Source: an uncultured Gemmatimonadaceae bacterium
Lineage (GTDB): Bacteria; Gemmatimonadota; Gemmatimonadetes; Gemmatimonadales; Gemmatimonadaceae
Length of the DNA: 64,000 bases
NCBI GenBank assembly: GCA_963790305.1
Contig: CAWBOC010000004.1
Coordinates: forward strand, 10,476-74,475
Direction of reading: 5' to 3'
The notes beneath the pieces were generated by a model that was given only the letters and a program-made list of their open reading frames with translations, ran no database searches and had not been told where the DNA came from. The position numbers and the translations under genes were made by a program. Shown piece by piece: positions 50,458 through 60,546 of the stretch (within the stretch, counting starts at the first letter, position 1; each line of letters opens with the position of its first letter).

Positions 50458-52743
50458 ATGAGCGAACGCACGAAGCGGCCCCTCGCTGCTGCCGAGGGGG
50501 AGTCGGTCGTCGGGGACGCTCGCCTGACACCTTCTTCGTCTCGCCCGCGGAAGAAGCTGACCGCCGTCCAGGTGCGCGCGCTCGCCGACGAGCTGCAGTC
50601 GCTTGGCCGGCAGGGGGCGGGCGGACGCGCCGCCGCGATCGAGATGCTGCAGACGATCGATCGCGATGGCGACTTCTCCCCTGCTGCACGGTCAATGTTT
50701 CAGGACCTGCTCGGCGCATGGGGCGTAGCGACGGCTCATCCGATCGGCATTCCGGCGAATGACACGCCGTACTGGCTTCGTGGTGAACGGCAGTTGGCCA
50801 ACCACCAGTCGAACGCGGCGCTCCCCGCGATCGCCAATGTCGTGATCATTGGGGCCGGCCTCACCGGCGCATCGGCCGCGTATCATCTCGCGCAGGAGGT
50901 CAAATCGCAGGCGCGGATCGTCGTGCTCGAGCAGGGCGAGCCGGCCGGCGAAGCCAGTGGCAGGAACGGTGGCAACTTCGAGCTCTTTCCCGAGAACTCG
51001 GTCGGCATGTACGAGGGGCTCGCGAGCGAGCGCGTGGCATTCCTGCGTCGCCGGTATCCGGGACTCCCCAGCGCGATCGTGCAGGCGGAAAGCGAGCGTC
51101 AGGCGTCGGTCGTGCTCGGACTTTCTCTGCGAAACCGCGACCTGCTCAAGAGCATCATTCTTCGCGAGCAGATCGATTGCGACTTCGCCCCAAAGGGCTG
51201 GCTGCACCTGGCCTGCAATGAAGAGCAGGAACAGGGCATGTGCGACGAGGTGATGCTCGCCGCACAGCACGGTCAGCGCATCGAGATCTGGTCGCGCCGC
51301 AAGATCCGCGAGGAATTCGGGATCGAGACGGCCTACCTCGGCCGCTTCAGCCCGGGCGACGGAACCTATCACCCGTTCAAGTACGTCTACGGGCTGCTGC
51401 AATCGGCGCTACGCAACGGGGTCGAGCTCTACACGCACGTGCGCGTGGTCGATGTCGCCTCACGAGCGCCCGACGACCATCAGGTGCTCACCGAGCGTGG
51501 AACGATCATCGCCCGGCGAGTGATCGTCGCGACGAACGCGTTCACGAGCCAGCTCTTCCCCGAGCTCGACGAGATTCGTCCGCATCAGAGCCAGATCCAG
51601 GTCACCGAGTTTGCGCCGGACCGCACTCGCGGCCGCGTCGTCACCTGCGAGGAGGGTCCGGTGTTCTTCAATCAGCCGCGCGATGCCGTTCGCGATGGGC
51701 TGGCGCCGGTTCTCATGGGTGGCGGCCCCGATCGGCGCATGCAGAGTCCGTCGTCGCGTCGCCGGTCGCCGCGCGTGCATGAGCAGCTGCTCGCACTGCG
51801 CTCGCGATTCTATCCGGAGCTCGACGGCCGGCCTCCATCGGCGGAATGGATCGGCGCGATGGCGTTCACTCCTGACCAGCTTCCCGCAATCGGATTTCTT
51901 CGGCCGGGAGTCGTCGTTGCCGCTGGCTACAATGGGTACGGCGGAAGCTTCACCACGGCGGCCGGGCTTGCCGCGGCGCGCATGGTGCTCACGTCGTCCA
52001 CTCCCGACTGGGTGCCGGAGGACGTGTTCTCGCCGCGGCGCCTGCTCGGCAGCGAGCCCCTCTTCATGACGGCGCAGGACAGTCTCTGGCGTATCGCGAC
52101 GTCGCTCTGCCGCCAGCTGAAGGTGGTCGATCGGCAGATCACCGAGTCACTCGCGCTTCGTGGATCGGCGCGCGCACGGTCGCGTGCGGCGCCGAGGAAC
52201 GTGACGCAGATGATGCGCGCGGTCCCTCGCGACACCTCCCCCGGATCGAGCATCGATGCGACGCTGCTGCACGCGCTCGACGCCTTCAGCGATTTCTCGG
52301 TCGATGAGCTGAACCAGATGCTCGCGGCGGCGACTCGCTGTGACCTTCCGAAGGGACGCATGCTGTTCCGGGAGGGCGATCTCGGTGACAGCTGCTTCAT
52401 TCTGGTGCGTGGTCAGGTCGACGTGACGATCAAGGTGCGGCAGCAGCGGCATCTGCTGGCCCAGCTGTCGCCGGGAAAGATCTTCGGGCAGGTCAGTCTC
52501 ATCGCGGGCGAGCCTCGCTCGGCGACCTGTACGATTCGCCGCGATGCGGTCCTCGCGCAGCTCGACCGCGACGCGTGCGAGCGACTGCTGAGCACACAGG
52601 CGCCGGTAGCGCTCAAGTTCCTCGCCGCGCTCAATCGCGGCTTGACCGAAGCGCTGCGCACCGCGGATCGTCGTCTCATGCAGCTCAACGACGACAATGC
52701 GCGGACCGACGAATGGCACAGCTCCACGACCGTCGCGCCCTGA
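50458..52743 (+). CDS. FAD-dependent (DAO/PuuB-like) oxidoreductase with C-terminal cNMP-binding domain
   Basis: IIGAGLTG, ASGRNGG, FTPDQLPAIG, GYNGYG; LFREGDLGD..FGQVSLIAGEPRSAT. Confidence 0.88.
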   Translation: MSERTKRPLAAAEGESVVGDARLTPSSSRPRKKLTAVQVRALADELQSLGRQGAGGRAAAIEMLQTIDRDGDFSPAARSMFQDLLGAWGVATAHPIGIPANDTPYWLRGERQLANHQSNAALPAIANVVIIGAGLTGASAAYHLAQEVKSQARIVVLEQGEPAGEASGRNGGNFELFPENSVGMYEGLASERVAFLRRRYPGLPSAIVQAESERQASVVLGLSLRNRDLLKSIILREQIDCDFAPKGWLHLACNEEQEQGMCDEVMLAAQHGQRIEIWSRRKIREEFGIETAYLGRFSPGDGTYHPFKYVYGLLQSALRNGVELYTHVRVVDVASRAPDDHQVLTERGTIIARRVIVATNAFTSQLFPELDEIRPHQSQIQVTEFAPDRTRGRVVTCEEGPVFFNQPRDAVRDGLAPVLMGGGPDRRMQSPSSRRRSPRVHEQLLALRSRFYPELDGRPPSAEWIGAMAFTPDQLPAIGFLRPGVVVAAGYNGYGGSFTTAAGLAAARMVLTSSTPDWVPEDVFSPRRLLGSEPLFMTAQDSLWRIATSLCRQLKVVDRQITESLALRGSARARSRAAPRNVTQMMRAVPRDTSPGSSIDATLLHALDAFSDFSVDELNQMLAAATRCDLPKGRMLFREGDLGDSCFILVRGQVDVTIKVRQQRHLLAQLSPGKIFGQVSLIAGEPRSATCTIRRDAVLAQLDRDACERLLSTQAPVALKFLAALNRGLTEALRTADRRLMQLNDDNARTDEWHSSTTVAP

Positions 52744-52880
52744 TCGGCATCGCCATTCACCGGCTGGTGCGGCCGCGGATCGATCCGGCCATACCATCGC
52801 TGAGTCCCTGTGATTACGTTAGGCGTCGCTGTCACGGATTGGCCGTGACCACGCTGGACTTTTCCGTTGAGTAGAGCCTC

Positions 52881-53880
52881 ATGACGTCGATGCGCAGGTT
52901 ACAGGGTGTGGTGCTCGGTCTGGCCGTCGCTGTGGCGGCTGGCTGTGGAGATTCCGGAACCGGTCCCGCGGGGCCAGTACCCAATTTCGTCAGGCTCCAG
53001 AGCGATGCCGGGGATTTCATTGGACAGGGCCGGAGCTACGACTATACGAGCGCCAACGCGGTCATAGCCGTCGACGCGACCGGAGGGCATTCTCACGCTC
53101 ACAATCAGCGGAGACGAAACCTGGCACGGCGAGTTTCAGATGCCGAGTGCGTCTACTCGAATCGCGCCCGGCACGTATGCGAACCTCGAGCGATTCCCCT
53201 TTCATGACCCGGCCGACGGAGGTTTGAGCTGGTCTGGCGAGGGTCGAGGCTGCAACACGCTGGTGGGCTCGTTCACGGTCGACAGCGTGCGATACGCCGG
53301 CGACACGCTCACCGCGATCGACATGAGGTTCGAGCAGCATTGTGAGGGAGGTACACCCGCTCTCGAAGGTACGGTTCACTGGAGGCGGGGTGACGCCACC
53401 CGACCGCCGGGGCCGTCGGCGATTCCGGGAAATCTCTGGCGACCGCCCGCTGGCTCGACCCCCACGAGCGGGAACTTCGTCTATCTCGCCAGCGATGCCG
53501 GCGACTACATCGGCCAGGGATTTACCCGCACGTACACGCCGGCAAACGCGGCGATCGCCGTGAGCAGCACAGGCGGCCGCCTCACTGTCTCGGTCGACGG
53601 AGCCCAGGATTGGGTCATGGACTTCCAGACGATGAACGCGATCAGTCGCGTGCAGGCCGGCTATTATCCCGATCTGAGTCGCTTTCCATTTCACAACCCC
53701 GCCAAGGGCGGGTTCAGCTGGAGCGGCGAAGGGCGCGGCTGCAACACGCTCACTGGTTGGGTTGCCATCGATCGGGCCACCTACTCGGGGAATACGCTGA
53801 CGGGACTCGAGCTGCGATTCGAGCAGCACTGCGAGGGGCTGACACCAGCGCTGCGAGGAGCCGTTCGCTGGGGTGCGTAA
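52881..53880 (+). CDS. Lipoprotein with two tandem internal repeats (frameshift near 53095)
   Basis: Lipobox AAGC; SDAGD[FY]IGQG, RFPFH.PA.GG.SWSGEGRGCNTL.G and RFEQHCEG each occur twice. Confidence 0.8.
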
Positions 53881-53914
53881 CGGGCAGCTGCGGGGTGTCA
53901 TACGGAGGGCAGCG

Positions 53915-54340
53915 ATGCACGCCTTTTTGCGAAAATGCCGAGGCGCATTCGGCCTCGGGTTGACCTGGAGCGTGGCCTGGGCGGCGCTCTTCGCGCTCCT
54001 CGCGGTCATCATCGGCGTCGTCGATCCCGACAGCATCGACCCGGGTGAGGGACCGCTGCGCGTGGCGGGCATCGGAGCGCTGTTCGGCTTCATCTCGGGC
54101 ACGGCGTTCGGCGCCGTCCTGTCGATGACGGAAGGCCGCGGCGTGCTGCGTGGTCTTTCTGTGTGGCGCGCCGCGCTGTGGGGCGCCATCGGAACGGCGG
54201 TGTTCCCGCTGCTGACAACCGTCGACAATCGCCTCCTGTATTTCGTGTGTCCCATCGGCGCCGCTCTGGCCGCGATCTCGGTGGCGGTGGCGAAGAAGGC
54301 GGAGCGCGGTGCGCAGAGCGAGATGCCAATCGCATCGTGA
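53915..54340 (+). CDS. Hypothetical membrane protein
   Basis: GGAGG RBS; about 4 TM helices. Confidence 0.7.
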   Translation: MHAFLRKCRGAFGLGLTWSVAWAALFALLAVIIGVVDPDSIDPGEGPLRVAGIGALFGFISGTAFGAVLSMTEGRGVLRGLSVWRAALWGAIGTAVFPLLTTVDNRLLYFVCPIGAALAAISVAVAKKAERGAQSEMPIAS

Positions 54341-54374
54341 TCATCCGTCGCCGGAACGCGACGGACCGTTGGTA

Positions 54375-54456
54375 TCCTAACGAGACTAAACCGTCAGGCG
54401 CGAGCTGCTTCACGGCCGGGCGCGCATGCGGTCCGCATCCTGCAATGCGGTTAGGC
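54375..54456 (+). repeat. Degenerate attC-like site
   Basis: TCCTAAC...GTTAGGC, 82 bp, intergenic. Confidence 0.4.
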
Positions 54457-54495
54457 GATTTCGTATCGCCGCATAACGTCTCACAGGACTACGCC

Positions 54496-55023
54496 ATGCC
54501 GCTTCAATACGAGAGCCTCGATCCAACGACACGTCGCCACGCAATCGCCGAGCTCGACAAGGATCTCGCCAGTGGCGATTTTCACGCGTCCGAGCGCCTG
54601 CGTCCGACGGCGATCGCTGACTATCAGCGATACCTTCACGAGGCCATTCGGTACTACGACGACCGCTGGCTCGAGGACCACGCGTCCGACCTGCTCGTCG
54701 ATTTCGAGTATCGCCGCACGCGCAGCGGTGGTCAGACGACGGCGAAGGTTCCCGACATGGCGGCGCGCATGCTCGCCGAGGGCGACTTCAACCGCTACTA
54801 CATGCGGGGTGTGGCGCTGCGGGCGCTCGCGGAAGGGCGAGAGGTCGTCGAGGTGTATCGGGCGCGCCTTTCTCTCGAGCCGCGCCTGGAATCGGCCGAG
54901 CTCGAGGGACGCCGGCTGTCGGCGCAGGACGTGTTGGAATACCTGCGCGGGCAGCTGGCCAATGATCCCGCCGTAGCGTCCCTCGGGCGCGTGAACTCGG
55001 GCTTGAGCGTGCGACTGGTGTAG
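54496..55023 (+). CDS. Conserved-looking hypothetical protein
   Basis: [37 protein letters not shown]; flanked by GTTAGGC and GCCTAAC. Confidence 0.75.
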   Translation: MPLQYESLDPTTRRHAIAELDKDLASGDFHASERLRPTAIADYQRYLHEAIRYYDDRWLEDHASDLLVDFEYRRTRSGGQTTAKVPDMAARMLAEGDFNRYYMRGVALRALAEGREVVEVYRARLSLEPRLESAELEGRRLSAQDVLEYLRGQLANDPAVASLGRVNSGLSVRLV

Positions 55024-55140
55024 CGCGACCGCCCATCCGCGCTATGTTCGAGGGCGGCATCGCCCTGGCCAACTACGCTTTGCGCTTGCGCGCGCGGCCT
55101 AACGGGCGCCTGCCCGTCCACACGAGGAGTCGCGCAGCGC

Positions 55141-57822
55141 ATGACCGGAATTCTCGAGCGGCTGTCCGCCCCACTCGCCGACCTCTACCGCATCGACCGC
55201 GTGCTGGGCGCGGGCGGCATGGCCACGGTGTATCTGGCGCATGACCTCAAGCACGACCGCCACGTCGCCATCAAGGTCCTTCACCCCGAGCTTGCCGCAG
55301 TCATCGGGGGTGCGCGGTTCCTCGCCGAGATCCGCACGACGGCACATCTCCAGCACCCCCACATTCTCCCACTCTTCGACTCGGGTGAGGCGGACTCGTT
55401 TCTCTTCTACGTCATGCCGTATCTGGCCGGCGACTCGCTCCGCGCTCGTCTCAAGCGCGAGAAGCAGCTCGCGATCGGCGACGCCGTTCGGATCGCCGGT
55501 GAGGTAGCGTCGGCGCTCGAGTACGCCCACCGGCAGGGCGTCATCCACCGCGACATCAAGCCCGAGAACGTGCTGTTCCACGATGGACGCGCAATGGTGG
55601 CTGATTTCGGGATCGCACTCGCGGCGAGCAAGGCGTCCGGGGGGCGAATGACGGAGACCGGAATGTCGATCGGAACTCCGATGTACATGAGTCCCGAGCA
55701 GGCGTTGGGGGAACGGGAGATCACGGCGCGCTCGGATGTCTATTCGCTTGGCGCGATGACGTACGAGATGCTCGTCGGCCAGCCGCCGTTCACCGGCGCG
55801 ACCGCGCAGGCCATCGTCGCGAAGCTGCTCACCGCCACGCCCGAGCCACCGCGGGCCACGCGCAAATCTGTTCCGCCGCATGTCGAGGACGCGGTGCTCA
55901 CCGCCCTGGAGAAGTTGCCGGCGGACCGGTTCGGGACCGCCGCCGCATTCGCGGACGCGTTAGGCGCGAGCGTGTCCTCGGGGCCCAATGCCGCCGCACT
56001 GCCGCGGCCGGCGTATGGGGGCTTCCTCCCGCGGCGAGCTCGGACCGACCCCGCTCGGCAATGGGCGCTGCTGCTCGGTGCGCCGCTGCTCCTGCTCGCC
56101 GCGGGCGCCGCGGGGTGGATGATGCATGCGGCATTGCGACGCGCACCGCCACGAGCGCCGGTGCGGATGGCGTTCGCGCTCGCAGTCCCGGGCGTGGACA
56201 GATCATCGCTGGAGATCTCGCCCGATGGTCGCCGCGTCATGCAGGTGGTCTCCGACAGCAACGGAGTCGACCGGATCATGGTACGCGACCTGGGCTCTAC
56301 GGAGCCGATTGCCGTCTCCGGGAGCGAAGGCGCCGTGGACCCCGTTTTCTCGCTCGACGGCGATTGGATCAGCTTCAATGCCGACGGAAAGCTTCGCAAG
56401 GTTCCCGCGCGGGGGGGACCGCCGGTCGACCTGGCGGACTCGGCCAGCGTCGGCGGCGGCGCGTGGGCACCTGACGGATCGATCATCTTCACCCGCGATG
56501 GCCGCGGACTGTGGAGTGTCTCCAGCACGGGCGGCACACCGCGACAGCTCACGACACTGGACGAGGGCCGAAAGGAGTTCAATCACTGGTACCCGCAGGT
56601 TCTTCCGAGCGGGAACGCGGTGATCTACACCAGCTACGCCACCCCAATCGCACGCGCGAGCATTCAGGCCTACGACCTGAAGTCGGGGCGCAAGAAGGTT
56701 CTCGTCGAAGGCGCCGTGTTCGGTCGTTATGCAGCCAGCGGCCATCTGCTGTACGCTCGCGATGCAGCCATCTTCGCGGTTCCCTTCGATCCGAAAAGCC
56801 TGACCGTGCTCGGCACGCCCGTCCCGGTGCAGGATGATGTGGCGTGGGTCGCCACCGACGGCCTCGGCGCATTCTCCGTCTCATCCGACGGGACGCTTGC
56901 CTACCTCAAGGCGTCCGCATGGAACGTCGAGCGGCGGGTCGTCTGGGCTGACCGTGCCGGTCGCGAACAACCGGCGCTTCCCAGACCCGGCGCGTTCGCC
57001 GAGCCTCGGCTCTCCCCGGACGGGCACTGGATCGTGGTCACCGTCACCGAACCCCGGCGCGAGCTCTGGCTGTACGAGGTCGGGCGAGGTGTACTGACGC
57101 CGCTCTCGAGAACGGACAACGCGGCGTTCAACGCGATCTGGACGCCCGACAGCCGGAGTGTGGTGTATGCGCACGAGAATCCAGTCTACGACTTGCATCG
57201 CATTCCGATCGATGGGAGTGCGCCGAGTACAGCGGTCGTCGCGAGCCGATGGGACAAATTCGGCTCCGCGATCTCTCCCGACGGGCGATCGATCGCGTAC
57301 ATCGAGAACAACAACAGCGACCGGATATTCATCGCTCGGCTCGACGGCACTCTGGCGCCCCGCCCACTGACTTCGAGCGGCGTTTCCCAGCGCAGCGCGG
57401 CGTTCTCCCCCACTGGCGACTGGATCGCCTACGAGGAGTTGGCTCACGGCCAGCCTAACGTGTATCTCATCGCCGCAAACGGCGCCGGTGGTCGCCGCCA
57501 GGTCTCGGTTGACGGCGGGGAGCAACCGCAATGGACCAAAGGCGGCCGGGAGATCGCGTACCGACGCGGCAGCGCCGTGATGGTGGTTGCTGTGGACCCC
57601 GCCACGGGCCACGTCGGAAAGGCGACTGAGCTTTTTCGGAAGGGCCAGCCCGACCGGCTCGGCGGGGGCCGCACACTCGCGTATGACGTGTCGGCCGACG
57701 GAAACCGGTTTCTCCTCGTGGTGCCCGAACAGAAGTCCGGCGCTCAGCCCGTCGTGGTCGTGCTCGACTGGCTCGAGCAGCTGAAGGCGAGGTCGTCGAG
57801 GGTGTCCGGGTCGTCGAGGTGA
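55141..57822 (+). CDS. Ser/Thr protein kinase - TM - TolB/PD40 propeller
   Basis: LGAGGMATV, VAIK, HRDIKPEN, DFG, GTPMYMSPE; PD40 repeats. Confidence 0.95.
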   Translation: MTGILERLSAPLADLYRIDRVLGAGGMATVYLAHDLKHDRHVAIKVLHPELAAVIGGARFLAEIRTTAHLQHPHILPLFDSGEADSFLFYVMPYLAGDSLRARLKREKQLAIGDAVRIAGEVASALEYAHRQGVIHRDIKPENVLFHDGRAMVADFGIALAASKASGGRMTETGMSIGTPMYMSPEQALGEREITARSDVYSLGAMTYEMLVGQPPFTGATAQAIVAKLLTATPEPPRATRKSVPPHVEDAVLTALEKLPADRFGTAAAFADALGASVSSGPNAAALPRPAYGGFLPRRARTDPARQWALLLGAPLLLLAAGAAGWMMHAALRRAPPRAPVRMAFALAVPGVDRSSLEISPDGRRVMQVVSDSNGVDRIMVRDLGSTEPIAVSGSEGAVDPVFSLDGDWISFNADGKLRKVPARGGPPVDLADSASVGGGAWAPDGSIIFTRDGRGLWSVSSTGGTPRQLTTLDEGRKEFNHWYPQVLPSGNAVIYTSYATPIARASIQAYDLKSGRKKVLVEGAVFGRYAASGHLLYARDAAIFAVPFDPKSLTVLGTPVPVQDDVAWVATDGLGAFSVSSDGTLAYLKASAWNVERRVVWADRAGREQPALPRPGAFAEPRLSPDGHWIVVTVTEPRRELWLYEVGRGVLTPLSRTDNAAFNAIWTPDSRSVVYAHENPVYDLHRIPIDGSAPSTAVVASRWDKFGSAISPDGRSIAYIENNNSDRIFIARLDGTLAPRPLTSSGVSQRSAAFSPTGDWIAYEELAHGQPNVYLIAANGAGGRRQVSVDGGEQPQWTKGGREIAYRRGSAVMVVAVDPATGHVGKATELFRKGQPDRLGGGRTLAYDVSADGNRFLLVVPEQKSGAQPVVVVLDWLEQLKARSSRVSGSSR

Positions 57823-57878
57823 TCCAGGGAACGTCGTTGGCTCTCCTCGATCACCTCGACATCCTCGACAACCTTGCA
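57787..57878. repeat. Dispersed palindromic element with tandem 9-bp arms, copy 2 (core inverted relative to copy 1)
   Basis: TCGAGGTGATCCAGGGAACGTCGTTGGCTCTCCTCGATCACCTCGAC is the reverse complement of the copy-1 core with a few mismatches. Confidence 0.85.
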
Positions 57879-57921
57879 CTTGTGAGGGTCCGGTAAGGAA
57901 TGGGTACGGCGTAGCCGAGGC

Positions 57922-57947
57922 TGAAACAGGCTCCTCGGCACTGCGTA
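57922..57947 (+). promoter_or_regulatory. Putative ECF sigma promoter
   Basis: TGAAAC-N16-CGTA, 55 bp upstream of the receptor ATG. Confidence 0.45.
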
Positions 57948-58002
57948 GAGCGAGCGGGCACTGCACCCAGGCCCACCCACCTTACCTCCGCGGAGTCGTC
58001 CC

Positions 58003-58761
58003 ATGCGGCGTATCCTGTTTGCCGCGCTCGGCCTGATCCTCGCCAACGGCGCGAACGTCGTCCTTGCCCAGCAAGGCCGCCCCACTACTCCTCCACCCGC
58101 CGGCAACGGAGAGCTCCGCGGCGTCGTAACAGCTGCGGAAGGCAGCGTGCCCCTGCAGCATGCTGGCGTCGCCGTGCGCAGCGCGTCGGATTCGGTGCTC
58201 GTCGCAGGCGCCATCACATCGGAGAATGGATCCTTCCAGATCCGCGGGCTTCGACCGGGCGCCTATTACATGCGCGTTACCCTGATCGGCTTCGGCCCGC
58301 AGCGGAAAGAGTTTACGATCACGCCCGCGGCTCCGACGTTCGACGCCGGCACGATCGCGATGGCGCGCGTCGCCGTTGCTTTGCAGGGCGTGGAGGTCAC
58401 CGAGGACCGGCCGACAATGACGATCGAGCCGGACCGAAATGCCTATCGCGCGAAGGACGTTGCGCCGGCGGCCGCGAACGCCAGTGAGGTGCTCGAGGCG
58501 GTTCCGTCCGTTCAGGTCGATGGCGAGGGCAAGGTGAGCCTGCGCGGCAACGAGAACGTCGCGATTCAGATCAATGGCCGCCCCTCGCCGATTCGTGGCC
58601 CGCAGCTCGCCGCGTACCTCAAGGGAGTGCCCGCGAACATTATCGAGCGCATCGAGGTGGTCCCGAATCCGTCGGCCAAGTACGACCCTGAAGGAATGGC
58701 CGGGATCATCAACATCGTCCTCAAGGCCGACACCGACCTGGGGCTCAGCGCGGGATTGTAG
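58003..58761 (+). CDS. TonB-dependent receptor, N-terminal part only (truncated at a junction)
   Basis: Signal peptide, carboxypeptidase-regulatory-like domain, plug (IERIEVVPNPSAKYDPEGMAGIINIVLK); no barrel. Confidence 0.85.
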   Translation: MRRILFAALGLILANGANVVLAQQGRPTTPPPAGNGELRGVVTAAEGSVPLQHAGVAVRSASDSVLVAGAITSENGSFQIRGLRPGAYYMRVTLIGFGPQRKEFTITPAAPTFDAGTIAMARVAVALQGVEVTEDRPTMTIEPDRNAYRAKDVAPAAANASEVLEAVPSVQVDGEGKVSLRGNENVAIQINGRPSPIRGPQLAAYLKGVPANIIERIEVVPNPSAKYDPEGMAGIINIVLKADTDLGLSAGL

Positions 58762-59444
58762 GCGCTGCGGTCGCCGCACTGGTTGCCGTTCAGCATCAAG
58801 TCATAAGGACACTGGCAATCGCCCTCCTGCGGGGCGCGCGCCGGACGCATCGCACCCCGGTGCAACTTACCACCGGCTGCACCGGCGCAACCAGAGCCAG
58901 GAACGATCCGAGGATCGGACATCTCGGCAACGTCCCGCTGCCGGGGCGCAACCGCCTCCTGCGGGCGGGGTATTTCCGTGATGCCTGGATCTGGCTTTGC
59001 AATGGCGAGCTGCCCGGTAGGTTTCGACGCAGCGAGGTAATCCGTGTGGACCCATCCGACCATATTGTCGACCGAGACTTCCGCCAATTGCCGTCGGTTG
59101 ACGTTGCGGTGACGGTCAGGCCGCCCTTGAGCATTGCGACGACGTCGCTTGATGTGCTCGCCTCCTTACGCAGGCGTACTTTTTCGGTGGTACGCAGGGT
59201 CTCGGGCCTCGGGGAAGGCTTTTGCGGCTTGGGAATCGAACCCGTGACCAGTTCGGATGGGCGCGGGGGGCGCGCCATCGGCGCGGCCGGCTTCGGCGCC
59301 GGCTCTTCTCGCCGCGGCAAATTCGGATTCGCGCTGTCTGTGCCAATGTTCCCGCTTCGGCGGCTCTTGGGTGAAAGCCCAAATGCCCGCGGCAACCGCG
59401 CCAACCAGCAGCCATCTCAGTTTCGGTAAAGCAAATCCTGTCAT
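58755..59444 (-). CDS. SH3-domain protein with Cys-rich C-terminus (alphaproteobacterial type; frameshifted, 3' end at the junction)
   Basis: VRLRKEASTSSDVVAML, GWVHTDYL, CQCPYDLMLNGNQCGDRSAY. Confidence 0.7.
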
Positions 59445-59467
59445 TCGCTAAACATTATCGCCAGGGC

Positions 59468-59483
59468 TTAAGGCTTGGTTTAC
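59468..59483. promoter_or_regulatory. CtrA-like box
   Basis: TTAA-N7-TTTAC, one mismatch to TTAA-N7-TTAAC, upstream of the SH3 gene. Confidence 0.45.
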
Positions 59484-59571
59484 CACGATCCCCCCGCGCC
59501 GCTGAACGGGCCCACTCCTTAGGCCCTACTGGCCGTTGCGTCTTGACGGCTCGCTTGCGAAACCGGGGTCA

Positions 59572-60482
59572 ATGAGACAGCAATCCAACCTGAAAGCCGC
59601 CTTCTGGATGGCCTGCTCCATCGGCTGCCTATTGCTGATGACATGGGCCGGGCGCGAGACGACCCGGGAACTCGACGTCTTCCAGGTGATGGAAATGCGT
59701 TCGTTGCTGGGCCTGTCCATGCTTTACCCGTTGGTACGCCTCGCCGGGGGCATCAGGGCGATGGCGACGCAACGGCCGCTTCAGCACGTCGGCCGAAACA
59801 TCGCGCACTACTCCGGACAGTTCCTGTGGCTGGCAGCGCTGTCGATGATCCCGCTGGCGCAGGTCGTGGCGATCGAATTCACCGCGCCGATATGGACGGC
59901 GATCTTCGCCGTCGGATTTCTCGGTGAGCGCATGACGAGAGCGAGGACGCTGGCCGTCGCGCTCGGCCTTATCGGCATACTGGTCATCGTCAGGCCGGGC
60001 ATGGACCATGTTGATCTCGGCCAATTAATGGTGCTCGCCGCGGCCTTCGCCTTCGGCATTTCCTTCACCATGACCAAGTCGCTGACACGAACGGAAACGG
60101 TCGTAGCGATCATCTTCTGGATGCTGGTGATCCAGTCCGTGATCGGGCTGATGCCGGCAATCGCCGTGTGGAAGACGCCATCCTGGAGATCCGTCCGTGG
60201 ATCGCGCTGATCGCCTTCGGCGGCTCCTACGCGCATTATTGCATGGCCCGGGCATTGGTTCACGCCGATGCGACGGTAGTGACGCCGATGGATTTCGTAC
60301 GCGTGCCAGCGACAGCCGCGCTCGGCTGGCTCGCCTATTCGGAGGGAGTCGACACGGTCACCGTCCTCGGCGCCGCGCTTATCCTGGCGGGAAATCTGCT
60401 GAATCTCGTGGGCCGGCGAACAGCACCTGTGCCGACACGCCGTAGAGGGAGAAGCGATCACATAGGATCGCATTCGCTCTAA
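59572..60482 (+). CDS. DMT/EamA transporter (frameshift near 60185)
   Basis: AIEFTAPIWTAIFAVGFLGER, ADATVVTPMDFVRVP; about 10 TM helices. Confidence 0.88.
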
Positions 60483-60494
60483 CTTACTGTTCTT

Positions 60495-60541
60495 AAGCAT
60501 GATCTTATCGAAAAAGTCTGCAACTTCTTGGGATCATGCTT
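60495..60541. repeat. Rhizobiales-type intergenic palindromic repeat
   Basis: AAGCATGATC...GATCATGCTT between convergent genes. Confidence 0.65.
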
Positions 60542-60546
60542 CGGCA

